Origin: Vicinamibacteria bacterium
GTDB lineage: Bacteria; Acidobacteriota; Vicinamibacteria; Marinacidobacterales; Marinacidobacteraceae
Assembly (NCBI GenBank): GCA_963668695.2
Contig: CAXXLQ010000004.1
Coordinates: forward strand, 2,528,001 to 2,592,000
DNA length: 64,000 nt
Reading direction: 5' to 3'
In this document: positions 1 to 10,485 of the stretch, piece after piece
Layout of the letters: every line of letters starts with the position of its first letter
How positions within the stretch are numbered: the stretch's first letter is position 1
The notes under the pieces: model-generated
What the model saw: only the letters and a program-made list of their open reading frames with translations
Databases searched by the model: none
Told to the model about the DNA's origin: nothing
Translations under genes and position numbers: made by a program

Positions 1-764
1 ACGAGATCAACCGCAACTTCCGGAACGAGGGCCTCTCCACCCGGCACAACCCCGAGTTCACCATGCTGGAGTTCTACCGGGCGTTCAGCGATTGCGGCGA
101 CATGATGGATCTCACGGAGCGCCTGGTGATCGCCGCGGCCGGCGCCGTGCTGTCCGGCGAGCCGGCGGTCTTCGGGGACGAGGAGATCCGCTTCGAAAAG
201 CCCTTCGCCCGGGTTTCGCTCTTCGGGGTTACGCAGGCGGCGCTCCGCGAGCAGGGAGTCGCTCTCGAGGACGGAGACCTCCGGTCCGTTCCGGCCCTCG
301 CCGACGCCCACCGGCGTCTTGACCTCCCGCTGCCGCCCGAAGAAAACGCCGGGAAGCTGCTCGTGAGCCTCTTCGAGGCGCTGGCCGAGCGCCGCCTGGT
401 GCAGCCCACCTTCGTGACCGGATACCCCGTCGAGGTGTCGCCGCTCTCCAAGGCGAATCCGGAAGAGCCCGGGATCACGGAGCGCTTCGAACTCTTCGCC
501 GGAGGTCTCGAGATCGCGAACGGGTTTTCCGAACTGAACGACCCCGACGAGCAGGCGGCGCGTTTCGGCGAGCAGATGGCGAAGCGCCAGGACGGCGACG
601 AACACGCCATGGACTGGGACTACATCGAGGCCCTCCGGCACGGCCTCCCGCCGACCGGGGGAGTTGGAGTGGGGGTGGACCGGGTGGCGATGCTGCTCAC
701 GAACTCGGCGGCGATCCGGGACGTGATCCTGTTCCCGCACCTCCGCCCACGGGAAGGAAAGTGA
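1..764 (+). CDS. lysS: Lysyl-tRNA synthetase class II, 3' part (runs off window start)
   Basis: [35 protein letters not shown] and motif 3 [14 protein letters not shown]. Confidence 0.97.
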   Translation, partial: EINRNFRNEGLSTRHNPEFTMLEFYRAFSDCGDMMDLTERLVIAAAGAVLSGEPAVFGDEEIRFEKPFARVSLFGVTQAALREQGVALEDGDLRSVPALADAHRRLDLPLPPEENAGKLLVSLFEALAERRLVQPTFVTGYPVEVSPLSKANPEEPGITERFELFAGGLEIANGFSELNDPDEQAARFGEQMAKRQDGDEHAMDWDYIEALRHGLPPTGGVGVGVDRVAMLLTNSAAIRDVILFPHLRPREGK

Positions 765-2035
765 CCGGCGGCGAAGGCGAGCGATCCCCCCGGCGGGGTT
801 TCCTCGCCTCCCTGCCGTTCGAACTCCAGATCGCCGGCCGCTACCTGATGCTCCGGAAACGGGGCATGTTCATTTCGGTGATCTCGGGGATCTCGGCGCT
901 CGGGGTGGTGCTGGGGGTCGCGATCCTGCTGGTGGCGCTCGCGATCATGACCGGCTTCCAGGGAGAGCTGCGGGCGCGAATCCTCGGGGCCCTCTCTCAT
1001 CTGACCGTTTACAGCCTCTCGGCAGACGGCTTTACCGACTACCGCGAGGTGGTGGAGACGGTGCAGGGGGTTCCCGGGGTCGAGGCGGCCGCGCCGGTGC
1101 TCTACGGCAAGGCGATCGCGCTCGGCCGCCGGGATGCGCTCGTGACCCTGAAGGGGGTGGACCCGGCGCGCGAGCCGGGAGTGAGCGAGTTCGCCTCCCG
1201 GATGACTGCCGGGAGTTTTTCCGATCTCGAAGGCATGGCTCCGGGAGAGCCGCCGCCGGTGGTCCTGGGGGAGGAGTTGGCCATCGCGCTCGGCGTCGGC
1301 GTGGGGGAGACGATCCGCCTCATGGTCCCCGGGGGGCGCCTGACTCCGCTCGGCACCGTTCCGACGACCCGGCGGTTCCGGGTGGCGGGTTCCTTCCGTC
1401 TGGGCCTTTACGACTACGACAATTCCTGGGCGCTCATCCCGCTCCCCGAGGCGCAGCGGCTCACCGGCCGGCCGGACGAAGCGAGCCAGGTGGAGGCGAG
1501 GGCCACCGACATGTTCGCGGTGCGGGAATTGGAAACCGCCGTTCGGGGGACGCTCGGTCCGGGGTATTCGACGCTCAACTGGATTGACCTGAACACCACC
1601 CTCTTTTCCGCCTTCTGGCTCGAGAAGCTGGCGACGGCGCTCTTCGTCAGCTTCATCGTGGGAGTGGCCGCGCTCAACATCGTGGCCGGCCAGATCGTCA
1701 CGGTGATCGAAAAGACCCGGGACATCGCCATCCTGCGGTCCATGGGGGCCACCCGGCGGAGCATCATGGCGCTCTTCATGGCGCAGGGCGCCGCGATCGG
1801 GACCCTGGGGACCGGAGTCGGGGCGGCGCTCGGGATCGCCGCCTGCCGGATCCTCGACGGCCGCATCCGGATTCCCGAGGACGTCTACCAGATCACCGCC
1901 GTGCCGTTCACCCTGCTCCCGGGTGACGTGGGGCTCGTGTGCATCTTCGCCCCCCTCGTCTGTTTTCTCGCCACCATTTACCCCGCCCGCCGGGCGGCGT
2001 CGCTGGTGGTCACCGACGCGCTCCGCTTCCAGTGA
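761..2035 (+). CDS. lolE: Lipoprotein-releasing ABC transporter permease LolC/E
   Basis: FISVISGISALGVVLGVAILLVALAIMTGF N-terminus, EKTRDIAILRSMGA, ATIYPARRAA C-terminus; followed by lolD. Confidence 0.93.
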   Translation: MTGGEGERSPRRGFLASLPFELQIAGRYLMLRKRGMFISVISGISALGVVLGVAILLVALAIMTGFQGELRARILGALSHLTVYSLSADGFTDYREVVETVQGVPGVEAAAPVLYGKAIALGRRDALVTLKGVDPAREPGVSEFASRMTAGSFSDLEGMAPGEPPPVVLGEELAIALGVGVGETIRLMVPGGRLTPLGTVPTTRRFRVAGSFRLGLYDYDNSWALIPLPEAQRLTGRPDEASQVEARATDMFAVRELETAVRGTLGPGYSTLNWIDLNTTLFSAFWLEKLATALFVSFIVGVAALNIVAGQIVTVIEKTRDIAILRSMGATRRSIMALFMAQGAAIGTLGTGVGAALGIAACRILDGRIRIPEDVYQITAVPFTLLPGDVGLVCIFAPLVCFLATIYPARRAASLVVTDALRFQ

Positions 2036-2715
2036 CGTTGCAACTCGAAGCCCGCGGCCTCGACAAGTCCTTCGGCTCGGGGGCCGGCCGCATTCCGGTA
2101 CTCCGCCAGCTCGATCTGGAGGTGCGGCGCGGCGAGATGGTGGCGATTACCGGCCGCAGCGGAGTGGGGAAGACGACGCTGCTGCATGTTCTGGGAGCGC
2201 TCGACCGGCCCGACGCCGGCTCGCTCCGGCTGGCCGGCGAGGAAGTGGCGCAGTTATCCGAACGCGAAGCCGCGGCGTTCCGCAACCGGAACGTGGGGTT
2301 CGTGTTCCAGCACCACCGGCTGCTCCCCGAGCTGACCGCGGTTGAAAACGCTTCGCTCCCCCTGCGCATCCGCCGGGTGCCCCGCGCCGCCGCCGAATCG
2401 CGGGCGGCGGAATTGCTGGGCGAGCTGGGTCTCGATGAGCGGCTCGGCCATCGCCCCGAGGAATTGAGCGGCGGCGAGCAACAGCGGGTGGCGGTCGCCC
2501 GGGCGCTCGCGGGCGACCCGGCGCTGCTGATCGCCGACGAGCCCACGGGGAACCTCGACGACGCGGCCAGCAGCCAGCTCCTGGACCTCCTCGCCGCGCT
2601 GCATGCCGCCCGCGGGCTCACCGCCGTCATCGCGAGCCACAGCCCCCAGGTCGCCGCGAGCTGCGACCGGGTGTTCCGGATGGAATCCGGCGTCCTGCAC
2701 GACGGCAGGGCGTAG
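2032..2715 (+). CDS. lolD: Lipoprotein-releasing ABC transporter ATPase
   Basis: Walker A GRSGVGKTT, LSGGEQQRVAVARAL, ADEPTGNLD; GTG start overlaps the upstream TGA. Confidence 0.93.
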   Translation: MTLQLEARGLDKSFGSGAGRIPVLRQLDLEVRRGEMVAITGRSGVGKTTLLHVLGALDRPDAGSLRLAGEEVAQLSEREAAAFRNRNVGFVFQHHRLLPELTAVENASLPLRIRRVPRAAAESRAAELLGELGLDERLGHRPEELSGGEQQRVAVARALAGDPALLIADEPTGNLDDAASSQLLDLLAALHAARGLTAVIASHSPQVAASCDRVFRMESGVLHDGRA

Positions 2716-2850
2716 GGGAGGCACCGCCGGCCTCCAGGCCGGCATCGCCCGCTGGCAGCCGGGCGAAACCGCGTTTGGCGGACGGGCTACGAAGGGCGCG
2801 CCGGGAGTCCGCCAAGCACCTGGCCCGGAGCTGGATTCCCGGAACTCTTA

Positions 2851-3068
2851 ACAGCCTGTGGTGAAACCCGCGCGGCGTTCGAGCGGCGATCCATCCCGCC
2901 TGAACCGCCCCCCCACCGGGAGAACTGGCGCTTTGCGGCGCTCTGCGTTGCGTTTCGGTCGAAATACACTCGGTATTCCTCCCTCACGCGCCTTGTCAGC
3001 CGGGCGCCTCGCCCCCACCGGGAGAACTGGCCGCTCTCGGCGCTCACCCGGGTTCCACCACAGGCTGT
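2851..3068. mobile_element. MITE family A copy
   Basis: 20-bp terminal inverted repeat ACAGCCTGTGGTG(A/G)AACCCG, TA on both flanks, core shared with ~10 other copies. Confidence 0.85.
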
Positions 3069-3111
3069 TAACGGGGACATTTGGTTGAGGCGGGATCAGT
3101 AGCCCCGTATC

Positions 3112-4048
3112 GTGGGTGCCACGATGCGGACGCGCGAGGAGGCGGCTGGTGATCCCGGCATTCTTCTTGGTCGCGTTGCAACTCGGTGGGTCGCCTACGG
3201 CTGTTGGGTTGTTGCTTCATGGGCCGCGGTCACAGGTGTCGGCTGCGGCGGCAGCGGCGGATCACCGACGGTCCCCGGTCCGGTCGTGTCCCCGGCTCCC
3301 GAGCCTCCGCCACCGGATCCGCCCGAGGCTCCGTCTCCCGGCGTCGTGGTGACCCCGGAGCAACTCGTTCTTGCCGAAGGAGAAACCACCACGCTGAGCG
3401 TACGGTTGGCGACGCCACCGACCGCTCCGGTCACCGTTGCCGCAAGTATCCAGGCCGACGCGGGACTCTTCGCCGAATTCGGCAAGGGCACTCCTCTAGA
3501 GATTGTCCAAGGCGGTCGTTTGGTGTTCGACGCGGATACTTGGGACTCGCAACAGACGGTAAAGGTGGTCGCGCAGCACGATTTCGACAGCGTCGATGAG
3601 CAGGCAGCCATCTACCTGGACACAACGAGTAACGACGCCGCTTATGAAAATCTGCCGCGGCTCAGTCTTCCAGCGCACATCACCGACGATGAGTCGGAGA
3701 ACCTTGGCATCTGGGTGTTCGGCCATAAGTTGTATGGCCCCCCCGAGGGGGAAACGAGGTTTTACGGTGTTTCATTGAGCGGTGAGCCGACCGGCGATGT
3801 GGTCGTAACGGTGGCGAGTAGTGATCCGGGAATCCTTGAGGTCACCGAGGGCGGTGAGCTGCTGTTCACGCCAGGTGACTTCGAGATGCTGCAGTGGTTT
3901 TCCCACTTTCAGGGTCAAGGCAGAACGAGACGCTGTCGCGCAACAACCTATCGTTGAGGAATTTGCCGTGCACTTCCTGTCGGGTCGCGGTGGCGGTGAG
4001 TGCGTCGTGGAGCCCAACCGAATCCGGGTGAGGGTCAGCGATCGCTGA
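3112..4048 (+). pseudogene. Surface lipoprotein with two Calx-beta/Ig-like repeats, frameshifted near 3900
   Basis: Lipobox-like GVGC, Pro-rich linker, repeated EGET..V.L...PT..V.V motif; removing one T at 3898-3901 joins the frame ending at 4048. Confidence 0.6.
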
Positions 4049-4303
4049 AAGGGACGCCGTCCGCCTCGGCCGTCGGCGCTGATTTCAGCGTCTGCTGGGC
4101 GGCGATTCCGGACCCCACCCGGGAGAAATGAGGCGGCCTTCGTCGAACGGCGGCGCCTCGCGGGGGGCGGCCGGTCCGCGTTTCGACCGCCTGCGGCGGG
4201 CGGTGCCGACCTGGAGGTCGGCGATCCCTTTGCCGGTGCGCCGGGAGGGGGATTTCCCCTCCTGCTAAATTGCGGCGTGGCGCGGTTGCCGCGCAGAGGA
4301 TCA

Positions 4304-6784
4304 GTGTTCGAGCGATACACGGAGCGCGCCAAGCGGGCCATCTACTTCGCCCGGCATGAGGCGTCGCAGTTGGGCGGGGACGCGATCGAGCCGGAACATC
4401 TCCTTCTGGGGCTGCTGCGGGAGCTTCCCGCCGCCGTCGCCGGGCGCCTCCACATCTCGCTCGAGCGGGTGCGGAGCGACGTCCAGAGCCATGTGCTGCT
4501 GCGGGACACCGTCTCTACCTCCGTCGGGATTCCGCTCTCCGCCGAATCCAAACGGGTTCTGGAGCACGCCCGCGAAGAAGCGGACCGGATGAACCACGAG
4601 AGCGTCGGGGCCGAGCATCTGCTGCTCGGCGTGCTCCGGGAGCCCGGGTCCGCCGCGGCCGCGATCCTGGCCCGCCAGGGAGTGCGGGCGCCCGCGGTCC
4701 GGGAAGCGGTTGCCCTCGATCACGGGCGACGGAAATCCGGAGCCCGGGCTCGCGAGACGCCGCTCCTCGCCGAGTTCTCCCGGGATCTCACCCAGGCGGC
4801 CGCGGACGGGGCGCTCGATCCCCTCATCGGCCGCGCGGCCGAACTGGACCGGGTGATCCAGATCCTCTGCCGCCGCACCAAGAACAATCCCGTCCTCATC
4901 GGCGAGCCGGGCATCGGGAAGACCGCGATCGTGGAAGGCCTCGCCGGCAGGATCGCCGCCGGCGAGTGCCCGATCTTCCTCGCCGACCGGCGGATCGTGT
5001 CCCTCGATATCTCGCTGGTGGTCGCCGGCACCAAATATCGGGGCCAGTTCGAGGAGCGGCTGAAGGCGATCATCAAGGAGCTCGAGGAGTCGCCCCAGTT
5101 CATCGTCTTCGTGGACGAGCTCCACACCCTGGTGGGCGCGGGATCCGCCGAGGGTTCACTCGACGCCGCCAACATCCTGAAGCCGGCGCTTTCCCGGGAC
5201 GGCATCCAGTGCATCGGCGCCACCACGCCGACGGAATTCCGGCGTCATATCGAGCGCGACCGGAGCCTGGAACGGCGCTTCCAGGGAGTGGTGGTCAAGC
5301 CGCCGAGCGACGAGGAGACCCTGGAGATCCTTCGGGGCGTGCAGGAGCGCTACGAGCGCTACCACCACGTCCGCTACACCGCGGAGGCCATCGACGCCGC
5401 GGTCCGGCAGGCCCAGCGCTACATCACCGATCGCTTCCTGCCCGACAAGTCGGTGGACCTGCTCGACGAAGCGGGATCGCGCGTCAAGCTGCGCGACAAC
5501 CGGTATTCGCAGGAGTTTGCGGAGATCCGGAAGCGCATCCAGGCGATCCGCAGGCGGAAGGACCAGGCGCTCGACAACGACGACCTCGAGCGCGCCTCCC
5601 TCGCCCAGGACCAGGAAAACGCCGAGCGCGAGAGCCTGGCGCTCGTGGAAGGCCGCTGGAAGGCGCGGGACGGCGAGGCGCCGCTCGTGACCCGGCGCGA
5701 TGTGGATGAGGTGGTGGCCCACTGGACCGGGATTCCGCTCGGTTCGATCGAAGAGGAAGAGGGCCGGAAGCTGCTCCGGATCGAAAACGTGCTTCACGAG
5801 CGCATCGTGGGTCAGAGAGAGGCGGTCGCCACCGTGGCGCGGGCCATCCGCCGGGCGCGCGCCGGGCTCAAGAGTCCCGAGCGGCCGGGCGGCGTGTTCC
5901 TCTTCCTGGGTCCGTCCGGAGTGGGCAAGACGGAGGTAGCGCGGTCGCTGGCCGAGTTCCTGCTGGGAACGGAACAGTCCCTGCTGCGTTTTGACATGAG
6001 CGAGTACATGGAACGGCATTCCGTTTCCCGTTTCATCGGTTCGCCGCCGGGCTACGTGGGACACGAGGAAGGGGGGCACCTCACCGAGCGGGTCCGCCGC
6101 AATCCCTATTCGGTGCTGCTCCTCGACGAGTTCGAAAAAGCCCACCCCGATGTCTGGAACCTCCTGCTCCAGGTGTTTGAGGACGGCCGGCTCACCGACG
6201 GCCTCGGGAACACCGTGGACTTCCGGAACTCGATCATCATCATGACTTCCAACCTGGGCGCCCGGCACATCCAGAAGCAGGCATCCCTGGGGTTCGCCTC
6301 CGCCGATGCGGGGCACCGGAAGCGCGCCATGCGCGAACTCATCCAGGGGGAGGTCAGGAAGACCTTCAGTCCCGAATTCATCAATCGCCTGGATGCGGTG
6401 GTCATCTTCGACATGTTGACCGAGGACGACCTCACCGAGATCCTGCGCCGCCTCATCGCCCGCATGAACCGCGAGCTATGCGACCGGGGACTCACGGTCG
6501 AACTCACGCCTGAAGCCGAGGCGTTCCTCGTCCGCGAAACGCTCCGGGAACGTTCCTACGGGGCGCGGCCCCTGCGGCGAGCCCTCCAGAAACATGTCGA
6601 GGATCCGCTCTCGGAGGCGGTCCTGACCGGAGCGGTGGGTCCCGGCGATCCGGTGGAAATCTTTCTGCGGGACGGGGAACTGCGGGACGGGGAACTGCCG
6701 GGCGGGGAACTCGTGGTCCGCCGGAGTGGCCAGGCGCTTCTTGGAGAAGCAGAGGAACCCGTTGAGGAGGCGGTGGCCGGATGA
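4304..6784 (+). CDS. clpC: ATP-dependent Clp protease ATPase subunit, ClpC-type
   Basis: MFERYTERA start, Clp-N repeats, GEPGIGKT and GPSGVGKT Walker A motifs, DRFLPDK. Confidence 0.95.
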   Translation: MFERYTERAKRAIYFARHEASQLGGDAIEPEHLLLGLLRELPAAVAGRLHISLERVRSDVQSHVLLRDTVSTSVGIPLSAESKRVLEHAREEADRMNHESVGAEHLLLGVLREPGSAAAAILARQGVRAPAVREAVALDHGRRKSGARARETPLLAEFSRDLTQAAADGALDPLIGRAAELDRVIQILCRRTKNNPVLIGEPGIGKTAIVEGLAGRIAAGECPIFLADRRIVSLDISLVVAGTKYRGQFEERLKAIIKELEESPQFIVFVDELHTLVGAGSAEGSLDAANILKPALSRDGIQCIGATTPTEFRRHIERDRSLERRFQGVVVKPPSDEETLEILRGVQERYERYHHVRYTAEAIDAAVRQAQRYITDRFLPDKSVDLLDEAGSRVKLRDNRYSQEFAEIRKRIQAIRRRKDQALDNDDLERASLAQDQENAERESLALVEGRWKARDGEAPLVTRRDVDEVVAHWTGIPLGSIEEEEGRKLLRIENVLHERIVGQREAVATVARAIRRARAGLKSPERPGGVFLFLGPSGVGKTEVARSLAEFLLGTEQSLLRFDMSEYMERHSVSRFIGSPPGYVGHEEGGHLTERVRRNPYSVLLLDEFEKAHPDVWNLLLQVFEDGRLTDGLGNTVDFRNSIIIMTSNLGARHIQKQASLGFASADAGHRKRAMRELIQGEVRKTFSPEFINRLDAVVIFDMLTEDDLTEILRRLIARMNRELCDRGLTVELTPEAEAFLVRETLRERSYGARPLRRALQKHVEDPLSEAVLTGAVGPGDPVEIFLRDGELRDGELPGGELVVRRSGQALLGEAEEPVEEAVAG

Positions 6785-9252
6785 CGAGAACCCGGATGAT
6801 GAGAATCTGGAAAATGGCGGGCGCCTGGGCGGCCGCTTCGGTACTGCTCGGCGGGCTCGCCGGGGCGGGAACGCCGGCCCCGATTCCCACCGCGCCCATC
6901 GCGGTGCAGCAATCGGAGACGGTCGAAGCCGTGCTCATCGAAGGCAACGACCTGATCGCGGCCGACGCCTGGCTCGCCCACCTGACGGTGAAGCTCGGCG
7001 ATCCGGTGGACCGGGAAGCCCTGCGCGCGGAGTTCCAGACGCTTTGGAACACCGGCTTTGCCGACGACATGCGCCTCGAACTCCGGGACGGCCCCGGGGG
7101 CGGCAAGCTGGTGGTGTTCGTGGTGCACGAGCGCCCGCGGGTTGCCACCCTGGAGTTCGTCGGATCCGAAGAGCTCGACAGCGACGACATCCTCGAAAAG
7201 CTCGAGGAGGAGGATTCCCAAATCGCGGTCGGGGCCCCTTACGACCCCGACAAGGTGGTGCGCGCCCGGGAGGCCATCGAGGAGATGCTGGTGGACAAGG
7301 GCCGCACCGAAGGGGCGGTGACGAGCACCATCACCGAAACCGACGCCGGGGTCCAGATCGTCTTCAACATCAACGACGAGCAGCAGATCCGGATCCGCCG
7401 GATCCAATTCGAGGGCATCGAGGCGCTCGACGAATGGCCGCTGCGCTGGTCGATGAAAAAAACGCGGGAAAGTCACCCGCTCGGTGCACTGCTCGGAGGT
7501 TCGACCTACACCGAGGAGCAGTACGCCGAGGACATTGAGGCGGTGCGGCAGGAGTACCTGAAGCGCGGCTACCTCGACGTTTCCTTCGGTCCCCCCGAGT
7601 TCGAATACGAGGACGGCTTCTCCCGCCAGTTCCTGTTCTGGAAGCGTGCCAAGCGCTGGATGGACGTCACCATCCCCGTGGTCGAAGGCGAGCAGTACCG
7701 GGTCGGCGAAGTCACCGTCGAGGGGGCCGATGTGTTTCCCGCCGAGTTCGTCCGCGCGTTCTTCCCGATCCTGGCCGGCGAGGTGTATGACGAGTCCAAG
7801 GTGAACAAGGGACTCGATTCGCTCCGCGAGGTGTACGGCGCCCGCGGTTACGTGCAGTTCACCGGCTTCCCCACCTGGCATCGCCGCCCCGAAGAGCGGA
7901 TCGTGGACGTGGTCATCAACCTGGCCGAGGAGGACCAGTTCCTGGTCAACCGGATCGAGTTCCGGGGGAATTCGACGACGAAGGACCGGGTGATCCGCCG
8001 CGAGATGTGGCTCAACGAGCAGGACATCATGAACATGGAGCTGCTGAAGGCCTCCATCCAGCGCATCAACCAGCTCGGCTACTTCCGGCCCATCGAGCAG
8101 CCGGAAATCGAGCCCAGCCCCGAGGACGAGACCAAGCTCGACATCACGCTCGACGTGGTCGAGGAAAACCGCAACCAGCTCACTTTTGGCGCCGGGGTGT
8201 CCGGGCTCGAGGGCCTGTTCGTGAACGCATCCTTCGGAACCACGAACTTCCTGGGCCGGGGCGAGACCGCGAACTTCTCGATCCAAACCGGAAGCCGCAC
8301 CCAGAACTACCAGATCGCCATCACCGATCCGTACTTCATGGACAAGCCCATCACGCTCGGCTTCGACGTGTTCAGCCGGGTCCTGAAGCTGCGGGAGTTC
8401 ACCCGCGGGGACCTCGGGGGGCGGATCGTCTTCGGCGTGCCCCTCGGGCGCTGGTCGCGGGCGTTTTTGAACTACGGCTACTCCGTGATCACCGTCAGCG
8501 AGCCGGACCCCGACATCGTCCTCAACCTCTACGACCTCTACTACAACAGCACCTATCTCGATCCGCGGTTCTACGGGCTGTCCGGGAACTTCCGCGAGAG
8601 CAAGATCAGCCCGACGTTAGTCCACAACACCGTGGACCACCCCATCTTTCCGAGCCGGGGAAAGAAGGCGACCGCTTCCTTCGACATCGCCGGCGGGGCC
8701 CTCGGCGGCAACGTCCACTACTTGAAGCCGACCCTGGAACTCGTGCACCACATGCGGGTGATCGGCAACACCTCGCTCGGCTTGCGCGCCATGGGGAGCT
8801 ACCTCCACGGCTACGGGGGCATCCCGCCCCCGGAGGGCCAGGAGATCGACATCTTCAACGTCGAGCAGACCGGAGTGCCGTACTACAACCGCTTCTTCCT
8901 GGGAGGCGAGTACCAGATCCGCGGCTACTACATCCGCTCCGTGGGGCCGAGGAACGCGCGGGGCCAGCTCCTCGGCGGAGACAAGATGTTGCTCTTCAAC
9001 GCCGAGTACGCGATCCCGCTGGCCGGCCCGCTGCGAGCCATTCTGTTCTTCGATGCGGGGAACGCGTTCGCCGAGGAACAGAACTGGAGCCTCTCGATGC
9101 TCCAGGATTTCCGGACCTCCACGGGCATCGAGATGCGCGTGTTCATCCCCATGCTGAACGTGCCCTTCCGGCTCATCTTCGCCTACAATCCCCATCGGGA
9201 TTATTACCATCGGCCCACGGCCTTCGTGTTCGGGATCGGAACGACCTTCTAG
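6781..9252 (+). CDS. bamA: Outer membrane protein assembly factor BamA
   Basis: Signal peptide, POTRA repeats (GNSTTKDRVIRRE), NFLGRGE, IRGY motif, terminal Phe. Confidence 0.95.
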   Translation: MTRTRMMRIWKMAGAWAAASVLLGGLAGAGTPAPIPTAPIAVQQSETVEAVLIEGNDLIAADAWLAHLTVKLGDPVDREALRAEFQTLWNTGFADDMRLELRDGPGGGKLVVFVVHERPRVATLEFVGSEELDSDDILEKLEEEDSQIAVGAPYDPDKVVRAREAIEEMLVDKGRTEGAVTSTITETDAGVQIVFNINDEQQIRIRRIQFEGIEALDEWPLRWSMKKTRESHPLGALLGGSTYTEEQYAEDIEAVRQEYLKRGYLDVSFGPPEFEYEDGFSRQFLFWKRAKRWMDVTIPVVEGEQYRVGEVTVEGADVFPAEFVRAFFPILAGEVYDESKVNKGLDSLREVYGARGYVQFTGFPTWHRRPEERIVDVVINLAEEDQFLVNRIEFRGNSTTKDRVIRREMWLNEQDIMNMELLKASIQRINQLGYFRPIEQPEIEPSPEDETKLDITLDVVEENRNQLTFGAGVSGLEGLFVNASFGTTNFLGRGETANFSIQTGSRTQNYQIAITDPYFMDKPITLGFDVFSRVLKLREFTRGDLGGRIVFGVPLGRWSRAFLNYGYSVITVSEPDPDIVLNLYDLYYNSTYLDPRFYGLSGNFRESKISPTLVHNTVDHPIFPSRGKKATASFDIAGGALGGNVHYLKPTLELVHHMRVIGNTSLGLRAMGSYLHGYGGIPPPEGQEIDIFNVEQTGVPYYNRFFLGGEYQIRGYYIRSVGPRNARGQLLGGDKMLLFNAEYAIPLAGPLRAILFFDAGNAFAEEQNWSLSMLQDFRTSTGIEMRVFIPMLNVPFRLIFAYNPHRDYYHRPTAFVFGIGTTF

Positions 9253-9303
9253 CGGTCGCGGGAGACAGCCCGCGTTCCGGCACCGAGCAGAGTTTTCAGG
9301 GAG

Positions 9304-9876
9304 TTGACCAACGTCATGAATCGTTTTGCCCGTTGCCTCCGGGGCGGCTTTTCGGGGGTGGCGCTCACGGGGTTGTTGCTGGCCGCGCCTTCCGCTTTCG
9401 CGCTGCAAGACGCCGAGCCCACTCGGGTGGCGGTGATCGACATCGACCGTATCGCCCAGGAGTCCGCCAGAGGACAGGCGATGTTCACCGAACTGCAGTC
9501 CCTGCAGGAAGAGATCCTTCGCGGCCGGCAGTCGCGGGAACAGGAAATCCGCGATCTGACGAACCGGGCGCAGTCGCAACTGCTCTCCGCGGAGGCCCGC
9601 GCCGATCTGACCCGCGACATCGAGCGGCGGAACACGGACCTGCAGCGCTGGCTCGAGGACCAGCAGCGCGCGTTCAACGACAAGCAGACCACCGGATTCG
9701 CCTCCCTCGAACAGGCTCTCGGACCGGTGGTGGAAGAGGTGGCCCGCGAGCAGAACATCCAGTTGATTCTCCGGGTGACTCCCGGCCTCACCTTCATCAT
9801 GGATCCCGCGCTCGATATTTCGAGTGAGGTGATCACGCGCTTCAACGCGCTGAGCGACGGCGGGGAAGAGCCGTAG
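9304..9876 (+). CDS. skp: OmpH/Skp periplasmic chaperone
   Basis: Signal peptide, RVAVIDIDRI, coiled coil, DISSEVI; downstream of bamA. Confidence 0.88.
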   Translation: MTNVMNRFARCLRGGFSGVALTGLLLAAPSAFALQDAEPTRVAVIDIDRIAQESARGQAMFTELQSLQEEILRGRQSREQEIRDLTNRAQSQLLSAEARADLTRDIERRNTDLQRWLEDQQRAFNDKQTTGFASLEQALGPVVEEVAREQNIQLILRVTPGLTFIMDPALDISSEVITRFNALSDGGEEP

Positions 9877-9918
9877 AGCCGTAGGGCGACGCCCACGCCC
9901 GCTGCCGGCGGGGCCGGG

Positions 9919-10485
9919 ATGACACGCTTCGAAGGGCCCCGGCCTCTCCTTGATGAAATCGGGGATGAGATCGGGGAAGATGCGGGTGAGGCGCCTTCCC
10001 GCCTCACCGCGCGCCGGCACGTCCCCGAAGACGAGCCGTTTTTCGCCGGGCACTTTCCGGCGATGCCGGTGGTCCCGGGGGTCTTCATGTTGGAAGCGCT
10101 CGCCGAATGCGCCCGCCGGTCGCTTCCGCCCGGCGCGACGCTTGCATCTGCACCCCTCGTGCGATTCCGCCGCCGCGTTTCTCCCGGGGAAACCCTCGAA
10201 CTCAGCGTAACCCCGACCGGCGGCGAGGGTGACCGGCGCCGGTTCGATGCCGTGGCTTCGGTGGAGGGTCGGGCCGCCGTCCAGGCGACCCTGGAGTTTC
10301 GGGCGGGGACCGGGACTTCGGCCGGGACTTCGGCCGGGACTTCGGCCGGGACTTCGGCCGGGACTTCGGCCGGGACTTCGGCCGGGACTTCGGCCGGGAC
10401 TTCGGCCGGGACTTCGGCCGGGACTTCGGCCGGGACTTCGGCCGGGACTTCGGCCGGGACTTCGGCCGGGACTGCGGAACGATGA
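9919..10485 (+). CDS. fabZ: 3-hydroxyacyl-ACP dehydratase FabZ-like with (TSAG)n tail
   Basis: [24 protein letters not shown] motif; bamA-skp context. Confidence 0.75.
   Translation: MTRFEGPRPLLDEIGDEIGEDAGEAPSRLTARRHVPEDEPFFAGHFPAMPVVPGVFMLEALAECARRSLPPGATLASAPLVRFRRRVSPGETLELSVTPTGGEGDRRRFDAVASVEGRAAVQATLEFRAGTGTSAGTSAGTSAGTSAGTSAGTSAGTSAGTSAGTSAGTSAGTSAGTSAGTSAGTAER
10312..10473 (+). repeat. 12-bp VNTR (GGGACTTCGGCC) x13.5, in frame
   Basis: Perfect tandem copies read directly. Confidence 0.97.
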
